A DNA stretch of 64,000 bases from Bacteroidia bacterium (GCA_965216465.1 CBDCFW010000006.1:384001-448000), one strand, 5' to 3'; shown: positions 12,401 to 22,705, counted from the first letter of the stretch. The notes: generated from the letters alone by a model not told the origin. Numbers and translations: made by a program.

Positions 12401-13597
12401 ACGTCATACAATATCAGTTCATTAGCTGGTAATCACGACGTGCGTTTTAGGTTCACATTCATCTCTAATTCTGGTTTCTCAACCATTGGGTTTAAAGATG
12501 GGTTTATGCTCGACGACTTCGCTATATCTGGACCTGTAAACGAATCAAACGCTTGGGAAATTGAAACCGATTTGAATGCTTCTGCTACCCGATATTTAGG
12601 TCCAAACGATACCGTAAACTTTATTTCTGCTAACAATAAGATTATTGCAACAGTGTACAACTTAAGTGCACATGACTACGGTTTAACTACGGCTACAATC
12701 GACAATGCAGGTAGTGGTACGATGGACTTTGATACCAACACACTTGTATCAGAGCAAATCATGGAAAAAACCATGATGATTACGCCAACTACCAATAATG
12801 TTTCAGGGGCCATAAAAGTTTCGAGTTACTATACTAGTACAGAGGCAAGTAATTGGAAATCAACCACTGGCTGGAATTATACCGACCTCAACCAATTGAA
12901 ATCTTCTGTGGCTATAACATCTGCAACAGCAGCAAACACTTCAAGTGGTGCGAGTACTGTTCTCGACAGTACATATACCGGAACAAATGTGTCACTTACT
13001 AGCTCGTACACGAACGGATTCTCAGGTTTTGGAGCTGGACCGATGGGCCCAGTTTTACCTGTTGACCTTTTAAGTTTTGCTGGAGAAAGACACTTAAGTT
13101 ATACTTCACTTTCATGGCTTACGGCATCAGAGATTAACAGTAGCCACTTTGAAGTTGAAAGATTAGTGAATGGTGAATTTGTTAAAATTGGCGAGGTTAA
13201 AGCTGGAGGTACAACCTATTCTGCTACTGCCTATCATTTTGATGACACTGAATTTACTGTACAAAATGAGCGAAATCTTTTCTACAGACTACGAATTGTA
13301 GACAATGATTTCTCTTATGACTACAGTGAGGTAATCGTTCTCAAGAAAGAAAGTTCAAGTCAGATTGCAATTACTCCAAACCCTGCAACGAACTTCATTA
13401 ATATTGATCTAGGAAAGTCGCAATACAGTTTGGATCTAGAAATCGTGAACTCAGCAGGCCAAACTATGATGAGTCTGCAGTCTATTAAAGACTCTAGACG
13501 AATATCAACGGCAAATCTGCCGAGTGGTCTATATTTTGTTATTCTATCCAATAAAAATGGAATAATGGAATCCAAAAAAATTACAATAATCCACTAG
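9437..13597 (+). CDS. T9SS type-A secreted protein with BNR/VPS10-like propeller and PKD domain
   Basis: WTERGPDNVGGRTRA, many S-x-D-G-G-x-T-W BNR repeats, LPVDLLSF, C-terminal PNPA...LPSGLYFV; start taken at the Met before the signal peptide. Confidence 0.85.
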   Translation: MIKNNYLLAVAAAVAVCNLFIFSNLEKTDQVSDVVKETKLDKRTRADLAIQQNFQMTVDPATGTIPRSRLWKATEYLKQQNQLKEKAAISNIHWTERGPDNVGGRTRALLFDPNDPTNQRVFAASVGGGLWITENIHGSPVEWSAVDDYFDNLAITTIAHNPINPDTIYFGTGEGFFNADAIAGDGIWRSTDGGVTWTQLSSTTSSTYSYIQKIVVDSNGYVYAATRNGGVRKSTDHGSTWSKVLGTSYSATTNRAADIEIASNGDLYAAMGIFSTDGIYKSTDEGSNWTQVYTSSGEHRIELACAPSDSDYVYMISQSSSNYEANAVRRTTNGGSSWTTLTNPDDVFSDNFCKSQAWYNISMAVDPYDRDNVVIGGIDLYKTTNGGTTWTEISHWYGATGLPEVHSDQHIALYAPNSSDTILFGNDGGIYLSTDISAGSPSFSHQVATYNVTQFYGCALNPTALSGQALAGSQDNGSHRFDNQGMNSTTEVTGGDGAYVHIDQGDPSYQFTSYVYNNYYRSTNSGTSFSGSGLGFSNSAGKFINPTDYDNNAQIMYCSWNTGQYMRWTNPRSGNTASAVSFGGSGEPSALKADPNIANRLYIGTDDGEVWKIDNANGTITATDISPSGMGSNHYVSCIAVEDGDSNHLIATVSNYGVTSIYESTNQGSTWTSIEGNLPDMPVRWAIFSPIGGDSALIATELGVWSTDDINGTSTSWAATNDGLANVRTDMLQYRSSDSTVIAATHGRGLYSYSFSEILDADFESNKQLVYPGEEVQFTDLSVAATSWAWDFDNDGNTDATTKNPSWTYYEGGYKTVALTINGSTTVTKTSYITVLPKLGIPYTVSDGGNFETNPWHFGSKAITGTNLWERGTPSNHLTTLNSSSNGWKTDLDADCPDETIECHLYTPSFNMSETGTYTLSFRKSMEQHYSNAPYVVIVEYSTNEGDNWYKLGTSPDANGTNWYANTGVSTALQSDGIGFLENASNENTSYNISSLAGNHDVRFRFTFISNSGFSTIGFKDGFMLDDFAISGPVNESNAWEIETDLNASATRYLGPNDTVNFISANNKIIATVYNLSAHDYGLTTATIDNAGSGTMDFDTNTLVSEQIMEKTMMITPTTNNVSGAIKVSSYYTSTEASNWKSTTGWNYTDLNQLKSSVAITSATAANTSSGASTVLDSTYTGTNVSLTSSYTNGFSGFGAGPMGPVLPVDLLSFAGERHLSYTSLSWLTASEINSSHFEVERLVNGEFVKIGEVKAGGTTYSATAYHFDDTEFTVQNERNLFYRLRIVDNDFSYDYSEVIVLKKESSSQIAITPNPATNFINIDLGKSQYSLDLEIVNSAGQTMMSLQSIKDSRRISTANLPSGLYFVILSNKNGIMESKKITIIH

Positions 13598-13599
13598 TA

Positions 13600-13626
13600 A
13601 AAAGGCGTCTCATGCAGACGCCTTTT
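13600..13626. terminator. Intrinsic terminator hairpin, likely bidirectional
   Basis: AAAAGGCGTCT-CATGC-AGACGCCTTTT right after the stop at 13597. Confidence 0.7.
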
Positions 13627-13639
13627 ATATTTTTGCTCG

Positions 13640-15187
13640 GTGAAAATCTTTTACCTCATCGGTTTTGTTGTTCTGACGCATTTGAGCTTTGGGCAAATGA
13701 TACATATGTCTATCAACGCCAGCGACAATCAGCCGAATGAGCCAACGATTGCCATTGATCCAACGGATCCATATCACATCGTAGCGGGCAGTAACCTTAA
13801 GAATAAATACGAGTCGTTTGACGGTGGCGAAACTTGGTACGAAACTCAATTTTCTTCTGAATATGGATTTTATGGAGACCCTGTTCTGCACTTCACCAAA
13901 AGCGGAGAGTTATTTATCGCCCATCTCCCAAAAACACCTGGAAAAACTTATGGAGAGTGGTTTGACCGAATTGTGGTTGACAAACTCGAGCCCGGCATAA
14001 AATCTTATTCAGTAGGATTTAACGAACCTAAAATGCAAGACAAACCTTGGTTATCGTCTGATGATTATTCAGAAGAGCACAAAGGAAATCTATACGTCAC
14101 TTGGTCTCAATTTGATCAATACGATAGTGACGACCCTGCACATCGCAGTCGAATTATGTTCTCAAAACTCACACCATCGAGCCAAGAATTCAGCGAAACA
14201 CTTGTTATTTCTGACATTACTGGAGATTGTAAAGATGGTGATAGCACCTTGGAAGGAGCAACATCTGCTGTAGGCACCAATGGTGAAATTTATGTAGCAT
14301 GGGCAGGACTAAACAAAATTTATTTTGACGCTTCACACGATGGAGGAAAAACATTCGGAACGGATCGCGTTGTAACAGAGCAGGTAGAAGGCTGGGAAAT
14401 GGATATGCCCAACATCTTTAGAGCTAACGGAATGCCTTTCATAGCATGTTCAAAGGAAACAAATAACATCTTTATTACTTGGGCAGATGAGCACGATGGT
14501 AATGCCGACATTTGGTTAGCATACAGCCGAGACCGTGGAAATACATGGTCGGATCGAATAAAACTGAACAAAGACAATTCATTCAGTCATCAGTACTTTC
14601 CGAATATTGCTATCGACGACAAGACTGGAAAAGTGTACGTTGCATTTTACGACCAAAGGCACTCCAATAAAAACCTTTTCTACGATATTTATCTAGCCGA
14701 ATTTGATATTACGAATCCTGAGAATATTAAAAACTTCAGATTGAGTCCTCAGAGCATTGCCTTGCCAGGAGAGAAGTTTTTTTATGGTGATTATTTAGAC
14801 ATCGACATCGTTGAAGGTCAATTGGCTGTCGCATATTCTTCATTTGAGTTTCCGAGTAGTAGTTCTATTGATATAGCGTTAGGTCCTTTATCAGAATTGG
14901 GTAAAGCATCACATGTGGTTCCAACTTCAATCACTTTGCACGACAACAAAGATTCAACTCAGTTGTACATAAACGTGCAAACTCCGGTTGAAGTAATCGC
15001 AAAGGTTAAAGGCAAAAAAAGAGTCAATTCTCTTACTAAAAAAATGAGTGCGACGGGTAAAAATTGGCATTCAAACTATGACTATTTACTCGCTGAATTT
15101 GATCGAAAAGAGGTAAAAAAGATTCGCGTTGTAGCGAAGAATAAAAACCAAAAATTCAAGTACAAGAAAACGATTAAGCTAAAATAG
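13640..15187 (+). CDS. Sialidase-like BNR-repeat secreted protein
   Basis: NEPTIAIDP, SFDGGETW, GDP, DKPW, SHDGGKTF, SRDRGNTW, GDY motifs. Confidence 0.75.
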   Translation: MKIFYLIGFVVLTHLSFGQMIHMSINASDNQPNEPTIAIDPTDPYHIVAGSNLKNKYESFDGGETWYETQFSSEYGFYGDPVLHFTKSGELFIAHLPKTPGKTYGEWFDRIVVDKLEPGIKSYSVGFNEPKMQDKPWLSSDDYSEEHKGNLYVTWSQFDQYDSDDPAHRSRIMFSKLTPSSQEFSETLVISDITGDCKDGDSTLEGATSAVGTNGEIYVAWAGLNKIYFDASHDGGKTFGTDRVVTEQVEGWEMDMPNIFRANGMPFIACSKETNNIFITWADEHDGNADIWLAYSRDRGNTWSDRIKLNKDNSFSHQYFPNIAIDDKTGKVYVAFYDQRHSNKNLFYDIYLAEFDITNPENIKNFRLSPQSIALPGEKFFYGDYLDIDIVEGQLAVAYSSFEFPSSSSIDIALGPLSELGKASHVVPTSITLHDNKDSTQLYINVQTPVEVIAKVKGKKRVNSLTKKMSATGKNWHSNYDYLLAEFDRKEVKKIRVVAKNKNQKFKYKKTIKLK

Positions 15188-15287
15188 TAAGTCAAAAAGC
15201 TGTAAGCACTTTAAACGCTTGATATTTCCTTTGATTTTTAGACTCAAAAAAACTTAATTTGCAGACTATTTTTTAAAACGACTAGAG

Positions 15288-17435
15288 ATGTCAGATAAAT
15301 ACAATAAAGAAGAACAAAGCGTACTGCAGAAAATACAGAATCAAACAGGATGTCTGTTGTTGATCATTGGTATAGCCATGTTAGCGTTCGTACTTACCGA
15401 CTTAGTAGGTTCAGGAGCAAGCATTTTTGGGTCCAACAAAAACGTAGTTGGAAAAATTGCTGGCCAAGACGTGACTTACGAAGAGTTCACCGAACAATAC
15501 GAAACTTTCAAAGCAGCGGTTCTTCAAAACAACCCTGGAATTGCCTTCAATGAAGTTGTCGCTAAACAATACAGACAACAAGCTTGGGATTTCTTAGTAG
15601 ACGAAAAAGTTCAAAACAAAGAATACGAAGAGTTAGGAATCGATGTTAGTCCAGCCGAAATGGAAGACATTACCATCGGAGACAACACACACCAACAAAT
15701 CAAGCAATCATTTCAAGATCCTGAGACAGGAGAGTTTGATAAAACAAGACTTGAGCGTTTCTTAAAAGATGACATCAACAACAACTCTGATGCAAGAGCA
15801 AGTTGGGTTGAATTCCAAAAGCAGTTCACCAAGCAAATTATTGCTTCAAAATATACGGCTTTAACGCAAAGTTCTCTTTACGTAACAGACCTTGAAGCTC
15901 GTAATAAAATTAAGGCTGATCAACTAACAATCAATGCGACTGTGGTAAATGTACCTTACAACAGTATTGCTGACTCAACGATTTCTGTTAGCGATAGCGA
16001 AATTGAAGCTTACATTAAAGAGCACAAATCTGACTTCGAGCAAGAAGAGAGCAGAGATATTGAATTCATCGCACTAAGAGTTATTCCTTCTGCAGACGAT
16101 TCAATGAACATGCTAAACTGGGCTCAGCAAAGCATTGAGAGACTTCAAAATGCTTCTAACGATTCAGTATTTGTTGCTAACTCAAACAGTGAAAGTCCAT
16201 ATGACCCAACCTATAGAGCGAGAGGAACTTTTTCTCCTGAAGTTGAAGAAAGACTATTTGAAGCAGAAGTAGGAACTGTAATTGGACCATTTGAAAAGAA
16301 CGGTGTTTATAGTGTATTTAAAGTTTCAGGAATTGGCGAAGATTCTCTAAGATCTGTAAGAGGAAGTCATATTGTATTCAGAGTAAACGGAACTACTGAT
16401 GAAGATACAGCTAACGCGATGACTGAAGCTCGCGAGGTTCTTTCTAAAATCAGAAGTGGACAAACAACTTTCGAGGCTGAAGCAAGCAATAGAAACTTTG
16501 ATGCTACAAGAACTCAAGGTGGTGACATGGGCTGGGTACGTGAAGGCAACTACACCTATCCTAAAAAGGTTATCGATCGTTTAATGACTTCAGGCAAAGA
16601 CAATCTGGTTATCATTAAATCAAACAGAGGTATCCATATCGCTAAAGCAACTAGCAATGTGAGCAGAAAAACTGTACAGGTTGCATTATTAGATCAAACT
16701 ATTTATGCAAGCACTGAAACAGACGCTGCTTATAACAGAACAGCAGGTGAATTCCTTGTTAAGCTAGACGGAGATCAATCATTCCAAGAGGTTGCAGAAA
16801 GCATGGGACTTGTTCCAAGAATTGCTCCAGACATTAGCGAAGAACAACGAAATGTAGCAGGTGTTAGCAACGGAAATGTAATTGCACGTTGGTTATATGC
16901 AGACGATACAGAAGAAGGAGACATTTCTCCAATTATGTCAATCGACGATACATATATCGTAGCTAAAGTGACTAAAATTAAAGAAGCAGGAACTCCATCT
17001 GTTGAAGACGCAAGAAAAGAAGTTGAGCCTTTGGTTCGAAATGCGAAGAAGGCAGAAATTATTACCAAGAAGTTTGAAGAAGCTCTTACTGAAGAAAAAG
17101 ATGCTGAAACATTAGCGAAAGAACTTGAAACAGTAGCTTCAATTGTTCCAGCAGCTTCGTTTAATTCAGGAAACCTCCCTTACATCGGCCAAGACCTAAA
17201 AGTAATGGGAACCATCTTTGGAACACCAGTTGGTAAAAGATCTCAAATCATTGAAGGTAAAAATGGTGTTGTTGTTGTTTATGTTAACAACGAAAACGAA
17301 TACGAAAAACAAGACGTAACTATTAAGAAATCAGAAATTGACCAATTCAACTTACAAGCAGTTGGTCAAATGATTAGTGATGCCTTAATGGACAAAGCTG
17401 AAGTTAAAGAACAGCTTTATAAATTCTTTGATTAA
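15288..17435 (+). CDS. PpiD/SurA-type membrane-anchored parvulin chaperone
   Basis: N-terminal TM (LLIIGIAMLAFVLTD), SurA N-domain, SHI...GGDMGW parvulin core. Confidence 0.85.
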   Translation: MSDKYNKEEQSVLQKIQNQTGCLLLIIGIAMLAFVLTDLVGSGASIFGSNKNVVGKIAGQDVTYEEFTEQYETFKAAVLQNNPGIAFNEVVAKQYRQQAWDFLVDEKVQNKEYEELGIDVSPAEMEDITIGDNTHQQIKQSFQDPETGEFDKTRLERFLKDDINNNSDARASWVEFQKQFTKQIIASKYTALTQSSLYVTDLEARNKIKADQLTINATVVNVPYNSIADSTISVSDSEIEAYIKEHKSDFEQEESRDIEFIALRVIPSADDSMNMLNWAQQSIERLQNASNDSVFVANSNSESPYDPTYRARGTFSPEVEERLFEAEVGTVIGPFEKNGVYSVFKVSGIGEDSLRSVRGSHIVFRVNGTTDEDTANAMTEAREVLSKIRSGQTTFEAEASNRNFDATRTQGGDMGWVREGNYTYPKKVIDRLMTSGKDNLVIIKSNRGIHIAKATSNVSRKTVQVALLDQTIYASTETDAAYNRTAGEFLVKLDGDQSFQEVAESMGLVPRIAPDISEEQRNVAGVSNGNVIARWLYADDTEEGDISPIMSIDDTYIVAKVTKIKEAGTPSVEDARKEVEPLVRNAKKAEIITKKFEEALTEEKDAETLAKELETVASIVPAASFNSGNLPYIGQDLKVMGTIFGTPVGKRSQIIEGKNGVVVVYVNNENEYEKQDVTIKKSEIDQFNLQAVGQMISDALMDKAEVKEQLYKFFD

Positions 17436-17440
17436 TTCCA

Positions 17441-18217
17441 TTGAATTTAGTACATCATAATATTGCATATTCAAAGGTGGGGAATGGTCCCCACCTTTGT
17501 TTTTTACATGGATTTTGTGAGAACAAATCTGTTTGGGAACCGGTAATTACAGACCTTCAAAAAGATTTTACATGCATATCTATTGACCTCCCAGGCTTTG
17601 GTGACACCCAAGAAGAAATAAAAAGCATAAGCCAAATGGCTGAGGCTGTTATGTCTGTGCTGTCATTGGAGGATGTTAATCAGGTTGTTGTCTTCGGGCA
17701 TTCAATGGGTGGCTATGTTGCACTTGAATTGTTAAGCCAATCTCCTTCTATCTTTAGTGGTATTGGATTGGTTCATTCGACAGCAAAAGCAGACACCGAC
17801 GAGAAGAAGTCTAACCGTATGAAAACCATTGATTTTGTCTCTCAGCATGGCACAAAGGAGTTTTTTGACCTCTTTGCTAAGAACCTAGTCTCTCCTGCTC
17901 ATTTCAGCCGCTTACATGACGAAATTGAAGTTATGATAAAGGGAACTTCTACAAACAGCATTGTTGCCGCCTTACTGGCCATGATAGACCGCAAAGACCA
18001 CGTAGAAACCCTAGCCAATGCAAACATTCCAGCGCTGTTTACCATGGGTGATAAAGATCAGCACTTAAACTTACACGACATCTTTAATCAAGCTTCTCAA
18101 TGCAGGCTAAGTCAGGTTGATGTGATTGAAAATTGTGGGCACCTGTCCATGCTTGAAGACAAAAAAAATTGCCTTAAATCAATAAGGCAATTTTTAAAAT
18201 TTATTTCTGAAGTCTAA
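17441..18217 (+). CDS. Alpha/beta hydrolase
   Basis: LHGF, DLPGFG, GHSMGG nucleophile elbow, CGHL; TTG start. Confidence 0.85.
   Translation: MNLVHHNIAYSKVGNGPHLCFLHGFCENKSVWEPVITDLQKDFTCISIDLPGFGDTQEEIKSISQMAEAVMSVLSLEDVNQVVVFGHSMGGYVALELLSQSPSIFSGIGLVHSTAKADTDEKKSNRMKTIDFVSQHGTKEFFDLFAKNLVSPAHFSRLHDEIEVMIKGTSTNSIVAALLAMIDRKDHVETLANANIPALFTMGDKDQHLNLHDIFNQASQCRLSQVDVIENCGHLSMLEDKKNCLKSIRQFLKFISEV
17472..17505 (+). terminator. Intrinsic terminator-like hairpin inside the 5' end of the hydrolase CDS
   Basis: CAAAGGTGGGGA-ATGG-TCCCCACCTTTG followed by TTTTTT. Confidence 0.65.
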
Positions 18218-18220
18218 TTC

Positions 18221-18490
18221 TTAATGCTTGATCTCAAACCCGTTAAAGTTTTGAGTAAGCTTTGATTTAACCTCAATCTCTTTTACGCGAGCGAGAGCAG
18301 GACCTTGTTTGCACCAATTAACCATATTGTTAACGGCTTCATCCTCCCCTTCTATCGTTAAAGATACGCTGCCGTCAGGTTCATTACGCACATAGCCACA
18401 AATTCCCAAATTCATCGCTTTCTGCTTTGCTGAGACTCTAAAATAGACTCCCTGTACCTTTCCTGTTACACGCACCTCGTGTGTTTTCAT
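18221..18490 (-). CDS. acyP: Acylphosphatase
   Basis: GKVQGVYFR and GYVRNEPDGSV signatures. Confidence 0.93.
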   Translation of the reverse strand: MKTHEVRVTGKVQGVYFRVSAKQKAMNLGICGYVRNEPDGSVSLTIEGEDEAVNNMVNWCKQGPALARVKEIEVKSKLTQNFNGFEIKH

Positions 18491-18496
18491 TTCATT

Positions 18497-18961
18497 TTAT
18501 TTTATACGTTCCCATTCGGAGGTTCTACCCAGCCAAGTCATCCCCATAACATAACCTCTAAGGAATAATTTACTCTTATCGTCACCCTCAAAACGCATGT
18601 AGCCGTCGTACACCTTTCCATTGTTTGGATCGTAAATCGTTCCATCTTCCCAAATTTTCTCAGAAGCATTCCATTCAAAAGACTTCATGATAACCATGCC
18701 CAATCTGTCGCGAGAGCGAAGTTCTTCTTTAGGATTGTTTGGATCTTTCTTTGGATTGCCATTTTCGTCGTTTGGCTCAACCAAATGTTCTATTTTACCG
18801 TAGTACTTTCCATTCTTAGCACGATAAATTCGAATATGTGCTGTTTTCTCCCCGTTCCAGTACGTTCCTCTTACATCATCAGCGACTATTGCACTGGTGT
18901 TTAATGCCTCAGATCCTAAAAAAAGGACCAATGCGGCTAAAATCATTGAAAATTTCCTCAT
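18497..18961 (-). CDS. DUF2147 domain protein
   Basis: Signal peptide, KYYGKI, DPNNP, WEDGTIYDPNNGKVY, LRGY..LGRT. Confidence 0.8.
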   Translation of the reverse strand: MRKFSMILAALVLFLGSEALNTSAIVADDVRGTYWNGEKTAHIRIYRAKNGKYYGKIEHLVEPNDENGNPKKDPNNPKEELRSRDRLGMVIMKSFEWNASEKIWEDGTIYDPNNGKVYDGYMRFEGDDKSKLFLRGYVMGMTWLGRTSEWERIK

Positions 18962-19080
18962 AACATAAACCGTTGTTCTTTTCAATATTACAAAAACAGC
19001 TCCAATTCTAGAAGCAATAATTTGCGTGTTCTTGCGTTTGTGAATTAATTTGGTACATAAATTGTACCTTTGCAACCTAG

Positions 19081-19797
19081 ATGAGAATACTGAAAATTGT
19101 ACTAACACTACTAATCGCTTTTACTTCTTTCACCATTCAAGCCCAAACAGGGACTGAATTATTGATTAAAGCTAATAGAGCCACGCTTGAGCGTCGCTAC
19201 CCAGAAGCTATTAATCTGTATAACCAATACATCAAGCTTAATCCGCAAGATTTTAGAGGTTATTTCAACCGAGGAACTACGCAATACAATGCGGGCCAAT
19301 ACCAAAGTGCAATTCAAAGTTTTGACAAAACCTTGTCACTAAACCCAATTTACAAAGAGGCATATTACTACCGTGGTCAGTGTAACGCACGCTTAAACAA
19401 CCACAATTTGGCTATTAAAGACTACAGCCATGTACTTCAAAATGACTCATTTAGTGTTCCTTTTTTAAAGCTTAGAGCGGAAGCTTACTCCATGAGTAAC
19501 AAAAATCTTTTGGCGTTAAACGACTTGAATGTTGCTATTTCTGTAGACAAACTTTCAGGAGATTTATACAAAAGAAGAGCAGAGCTTAAAATTAAAATGA
19601 ACGATCTAGAAGGTGCAATTCGTGATTACAATGCAGTTGAAAAGTTACTTCCAAAATATAAAATGGTTCACTTCCTAAAAGGAAATCTATACCTTGAAAT
19701 TGAAGAAACTGAGTTTGCTTGCGAAGAGTATGAGCAAGCTCTGGATAACGAAGTTGTAGTCGCTGAGCGAAAGTTCAAAGAGAACTGCAGCAACTAA
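19081..19797 (+). CDS. TPR-repeat protein
   Basis: Repeated YFNRG/YYYRG..AI.DY TPR units after a signal peptide. Confidence 0.85.
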   Translation: MRILKIVLTLLIAFTSFTIQAQTGTELLIKANRATLERRYPEAINLYNQYIKLNPQDFRGYFNRGTTQYNAGQYQSAIQSFDKTLSLNPIYKEAYYYRGQCNARLNNHNLAIKDYSHVLQNDSFSVPFLKLRAEAYSMSNKNLLALNDLNVAISVDKLSGDLYKRRAELKIKMNDLEGAIRDYNAVEKLLPKYKMVHFLKGNLYLEIEETEFACEEYEQALDNEVVVAERKFKENCSN

Positions 19798-19956
19798 ACG
19801 TTCTTCAATCATTTGTTCTAGCCAAAGTTGGAACATTAGCGTCATTCTCTTCTCCGTTCGTTAACCCAACTGGAACGAGATATCAATCTGACTTTTTTAT
19901 GCGTTTAACTTATATCGTTACCCTACAAATAAGATTTTAATAAATTTGTAAAGAAT

Positions 19957-20286
19957 ATGTTCGGTTTAAAGTTTTCAAAACTGCCCAATCACAGAAAGTT
20001 TTCCTACACCCCGTTGTATTACAACAAGGAAAAGGAAGACCTAAAATCTCGCGTTGAGACCATCAAACGTGAAATGGGAGAAGCTGAACCTTCTAAGGAA
20101 TCAACACAAGAAAACATTCGTAGTGCATTTGCTGCTCGAAAAACGGTAGATCGGTTTGGATCACACCCGTCTCAGCGTTTCTACGGATTAAAAATATTGG
20201 TAATCGCAAGTATACTCGGCTTAGTTTTCTACAAAGTCTTGAATTCTAATTTAATCGAAATTATCTTCGGACACTTAAATAAGTGA
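19957..20286 (+). CDS. Conserved small membrane protein upstream of mutL
   Basis: RKFSYTPLYY motif and C-terminal TM; typical Bacteroidota position. Confidence 0.7.
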   Translation: MFGLKFSKLPNHRKFSYTPLYYNKEKEDLKSRVETIKREMGEAEPSKESTQENIRSAFAARKTVDRFGSHPSQRFYGLKILVIASILGLVFYKVLNSNLIEIIFGHLNK

Positions 20287-22058
20287 TGTCCGGAATAATT
20301 CAACTCCTTCCAGAAAGTACAGCTAATCAGATTGCCGCCGGAGAGGTGGTTCAACGTCCTGCTTCTGTAGTAAAAGAACTGCTTGAAAATGCTGTTGACG
20401 CTGGAGCTACATCCATCAAACTTATCATTAAAAATGGGGGTAGTACGCATATTCAAGTTGACGATAATGGCTGCGGAATGAATGCCTTTGATGCTCGCAT
20501 GTGCTGGGAGCGCCACGCAACATCAAAAATTAAAAAAGCTGATGACCTCTACAATCTCCATACATTAGGTTTTCGAGGAGAAGCGTTGGCCAGTATCGCA
20601 TCAGTGTCTGATGTTGAAATGAAGACTAAATCTGCTGACGAACGTGTTGGTAGTAAAATTGAAATTCACACCGGAACGGTTGTAAACCAAGAAAGTGTTG
20701 CTGCAAACCAAGGTACTTCTATCACCATCAAAAATCTGTTTTACAACATTCCGGCTCGTAAAAACTTCTTAAAAAGTATTTCAGTAGAGACCAAGCACAT
20801 CTTCGAAGAGTTTCAAAGAATTGCCCTAGCTTATCCTGGAATCGCCTTTGAATACTTCAATCAAGAAAAATCAGTTGTAAAACTGGTCGCAGGAAATCTC
20901 AAACAACGCATTTCTGCCCTCTTTAATGTTAAACAAGAAGATTTAATTGATGCTTCGGAACAAACCGAAATTGTAGGTATTACAGGATTCATAGGTTCTC
21001 CTAAAATGGCCAAAAGAACAAGAGGTTCGCAATACTTATTTGCCAATGGAAGATTTATTAAAGATGCATACCTCAATCATGCTATCTCTTCAGCTTACGG
21101 GAGCTTAATAGAAGATAAACAACATCCCTTTTACATCCTGTTTTTGGAAGTAGAGCCTGCTAAAATTGATGTAAACATACATCCAACAAAGCACGAGGTT
21201 AAATTTGAAGACGGCCGCCATGTTTACACCTTGCTTCAATCGGTAATTAAAAAAAGCCTAGGGGCGTACTACGTTATGCCTACTGATACCCAGTTATCCA
21301 ATACACTTTCAAGCACACAGAGCTCAAACTTTGTACCCAGTCAATTGAAGACTACCCAGCCTGATGCTCGATTCAATCCATTTGAAAAAAGCAAACCACG
21401 CACCCCAACCAATTGGGAAAAACTGGATGAACTGTTGAACACGCCAGTAGAGCAACCTATACGACAAACTCCTGAACTTATTGAAAGCCCATCACCGGGA
21501 ATTGAAGTCGATAATCTATTTCAAGTTGAAAATGCCTACATCGTAACGAAATTAGAAGGAGAATTGTGTTTGATCAATCAACATAGGGCTCATGCTCAAG
21601 TACTCTATGAGCGCTATAAAACCAACAATGTAATTGCTTCTCAGCAATTATTGTTTCCTAGAACAATTGAGCTTTCTACTGCGGATTACAGCTTGTACCA
21701 TGAAATGCAAGAAGACATCAACGCTCTAGGATTTGATACCAGCGAATTTGGGAAGAATACAATTATCATTAACGGACTTCCGAGTGAATTATCGAAAGAT
21801 GACGGAGCTCAAGTACTTTCACAAATACTAGACGACTTTAAAACCAATTTTCAAGAACTCAGCATTTCGAAAAAAGATGCCTTAAAACAAGCCACGGCAA
21901 AGAATTCTGCCATTAAGGCAGGCAAGGTTTTATCTCAAGTTGAAATGCAAAAACTGGTTTCTGATTTGTTGCACTGCAAGCAACACAGCCATACGGCGTC
22001 TGGTAAGCAAATAATTGTTAAACTAACAAAAAGCAATTTGGAACGTTTTTTTCAGTAA
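20283..22058 (+). CDS. mutL: DNA mismatch repair protein MutL
   Basis: ANQIAAGEVVQRPASVVKEL, GFRGEAL, DVNIHPTK. Confidence 0.97.
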   Translation: MMSGIIQLLPESTANQIAAGEVVQRPASVVKELLENAVDAGATSIKLIIKNGGSTHIQVDDNGCGMNAFDARMCWERHATSKIKKADDLYNLHTLGFRGEALASIASVSDVEMKTKSADERVGSKIEIHTGTVVNQESVAANQGTSITIKNLFYNIPARKNFLKSISVETKHIFEEFQRIALAYPGIAFEYFNQEKSVVKLVAGNLKQRISALFNVKQEDLIDASEQTEIVGITGFIGSPKMAKRTRGSQYLFANGRFIKDAYLNHAISSAYGSLIEDKQHPFYILFLEVEPAKIDVNIHPTKHEVKFEDGRHVYTLLQSVIKKSLGAYYVMPTDTQLSNTLSSTQSSNFVPSQLKTTQPDARFNPFEKSKPRTPTNWEKLDELLNTPVEQPIRQTPELIESPSPGIEVDNLFQVENAYIVTKLEGELCLINQHRAHAQVLYERYKTNNVIASQQLLFPRTIELSTADYSLYHEMQEDINALGFDTSEFGKNTIIINGLPSELSKDDGAQVLSQILDDFKTNFQELSISKKDALKQATAKNSAIKAGKVLSQVEMQKLVSDLLHCKQHSHTASGKQIIVKLTKSNLERFFQ

Positions 22059-22066
22059 GAGAGTAA

Positions 22067-22702
22067 ATGCAATTCAGAAGCAATCAATTTGGAATTCCTG
22101 AGGTAACAAAGAACCTTATAATTATAAATGTTCTATTCTTCATCGGTACTCACTTTTTAGGTTTTAAAGACTTCTTCCTGCGAAATTTTGCACTGTTTCA
22201 TTATAGCAGTCCTTTTTTTCAACCTTGGCAAATAATAACGCACATGTTTATGCATGGAAGCTTTATGCACATCTTCTTTAATATGTTTGGAGTGTGGATG
22301 TTTGGGTCGAGACTGGAACAGATTTGGGGAGCAAAACGATACATCAATTTTTACCTCATTACCGGTGTTGGAGCGGCATTATTACATACCGCTGTTCAAA
22401 CCTATGAGATTTCTCAAGGCCTACAATTAGCTCACATCCCTACGGTAGGGGCTTCTGGAGCTCTATTCGGAATATTGGTGGCCTTTGCTATGTATTGGCC
22501 CAATACAGAATTGTACCTCATGTTCATCCCAATTCCAATAAAAGCTAAGTACTTTGTTCTTGGATATGCTGCATTTGAACTTTTCTCTGGAATAGGAGGA
22601 ATTCAACCAGGGATTGCCCACTTTGCCCATCTTGGAGGAGCTTTATTTGGCTTTCTTTTGGTTCGATATTGGAATAAAAACAACCGAAATACGTTTTATT
22701 AA
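22067..22702 (+). CDS. Rhomboid intramembrane serine protease
   Basis: HMFMH..HIFFNM, GASG, AHLGG. Confidence 0.92.
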   Translation: MQFRSNQFGIPEVTKNLIIINVLFFIGTHFLGFKDFFLRNFALFHYSSPFFQPWQIITHMFMHGSFMHIFFNMFGVWMFGSRLEQIWGAKRYINFYLITGVGAALLHTAVQTYEISQGLQLAHIPTVGASGALFGILVAFAMYWPNTELYLMFIPIPIKAKYFVLGYAAFELFSGIGGIQPGIAHFAHLGGALFGFLLVRYWNKNNRNTFY

Positions 22703-22705
22703 ATC

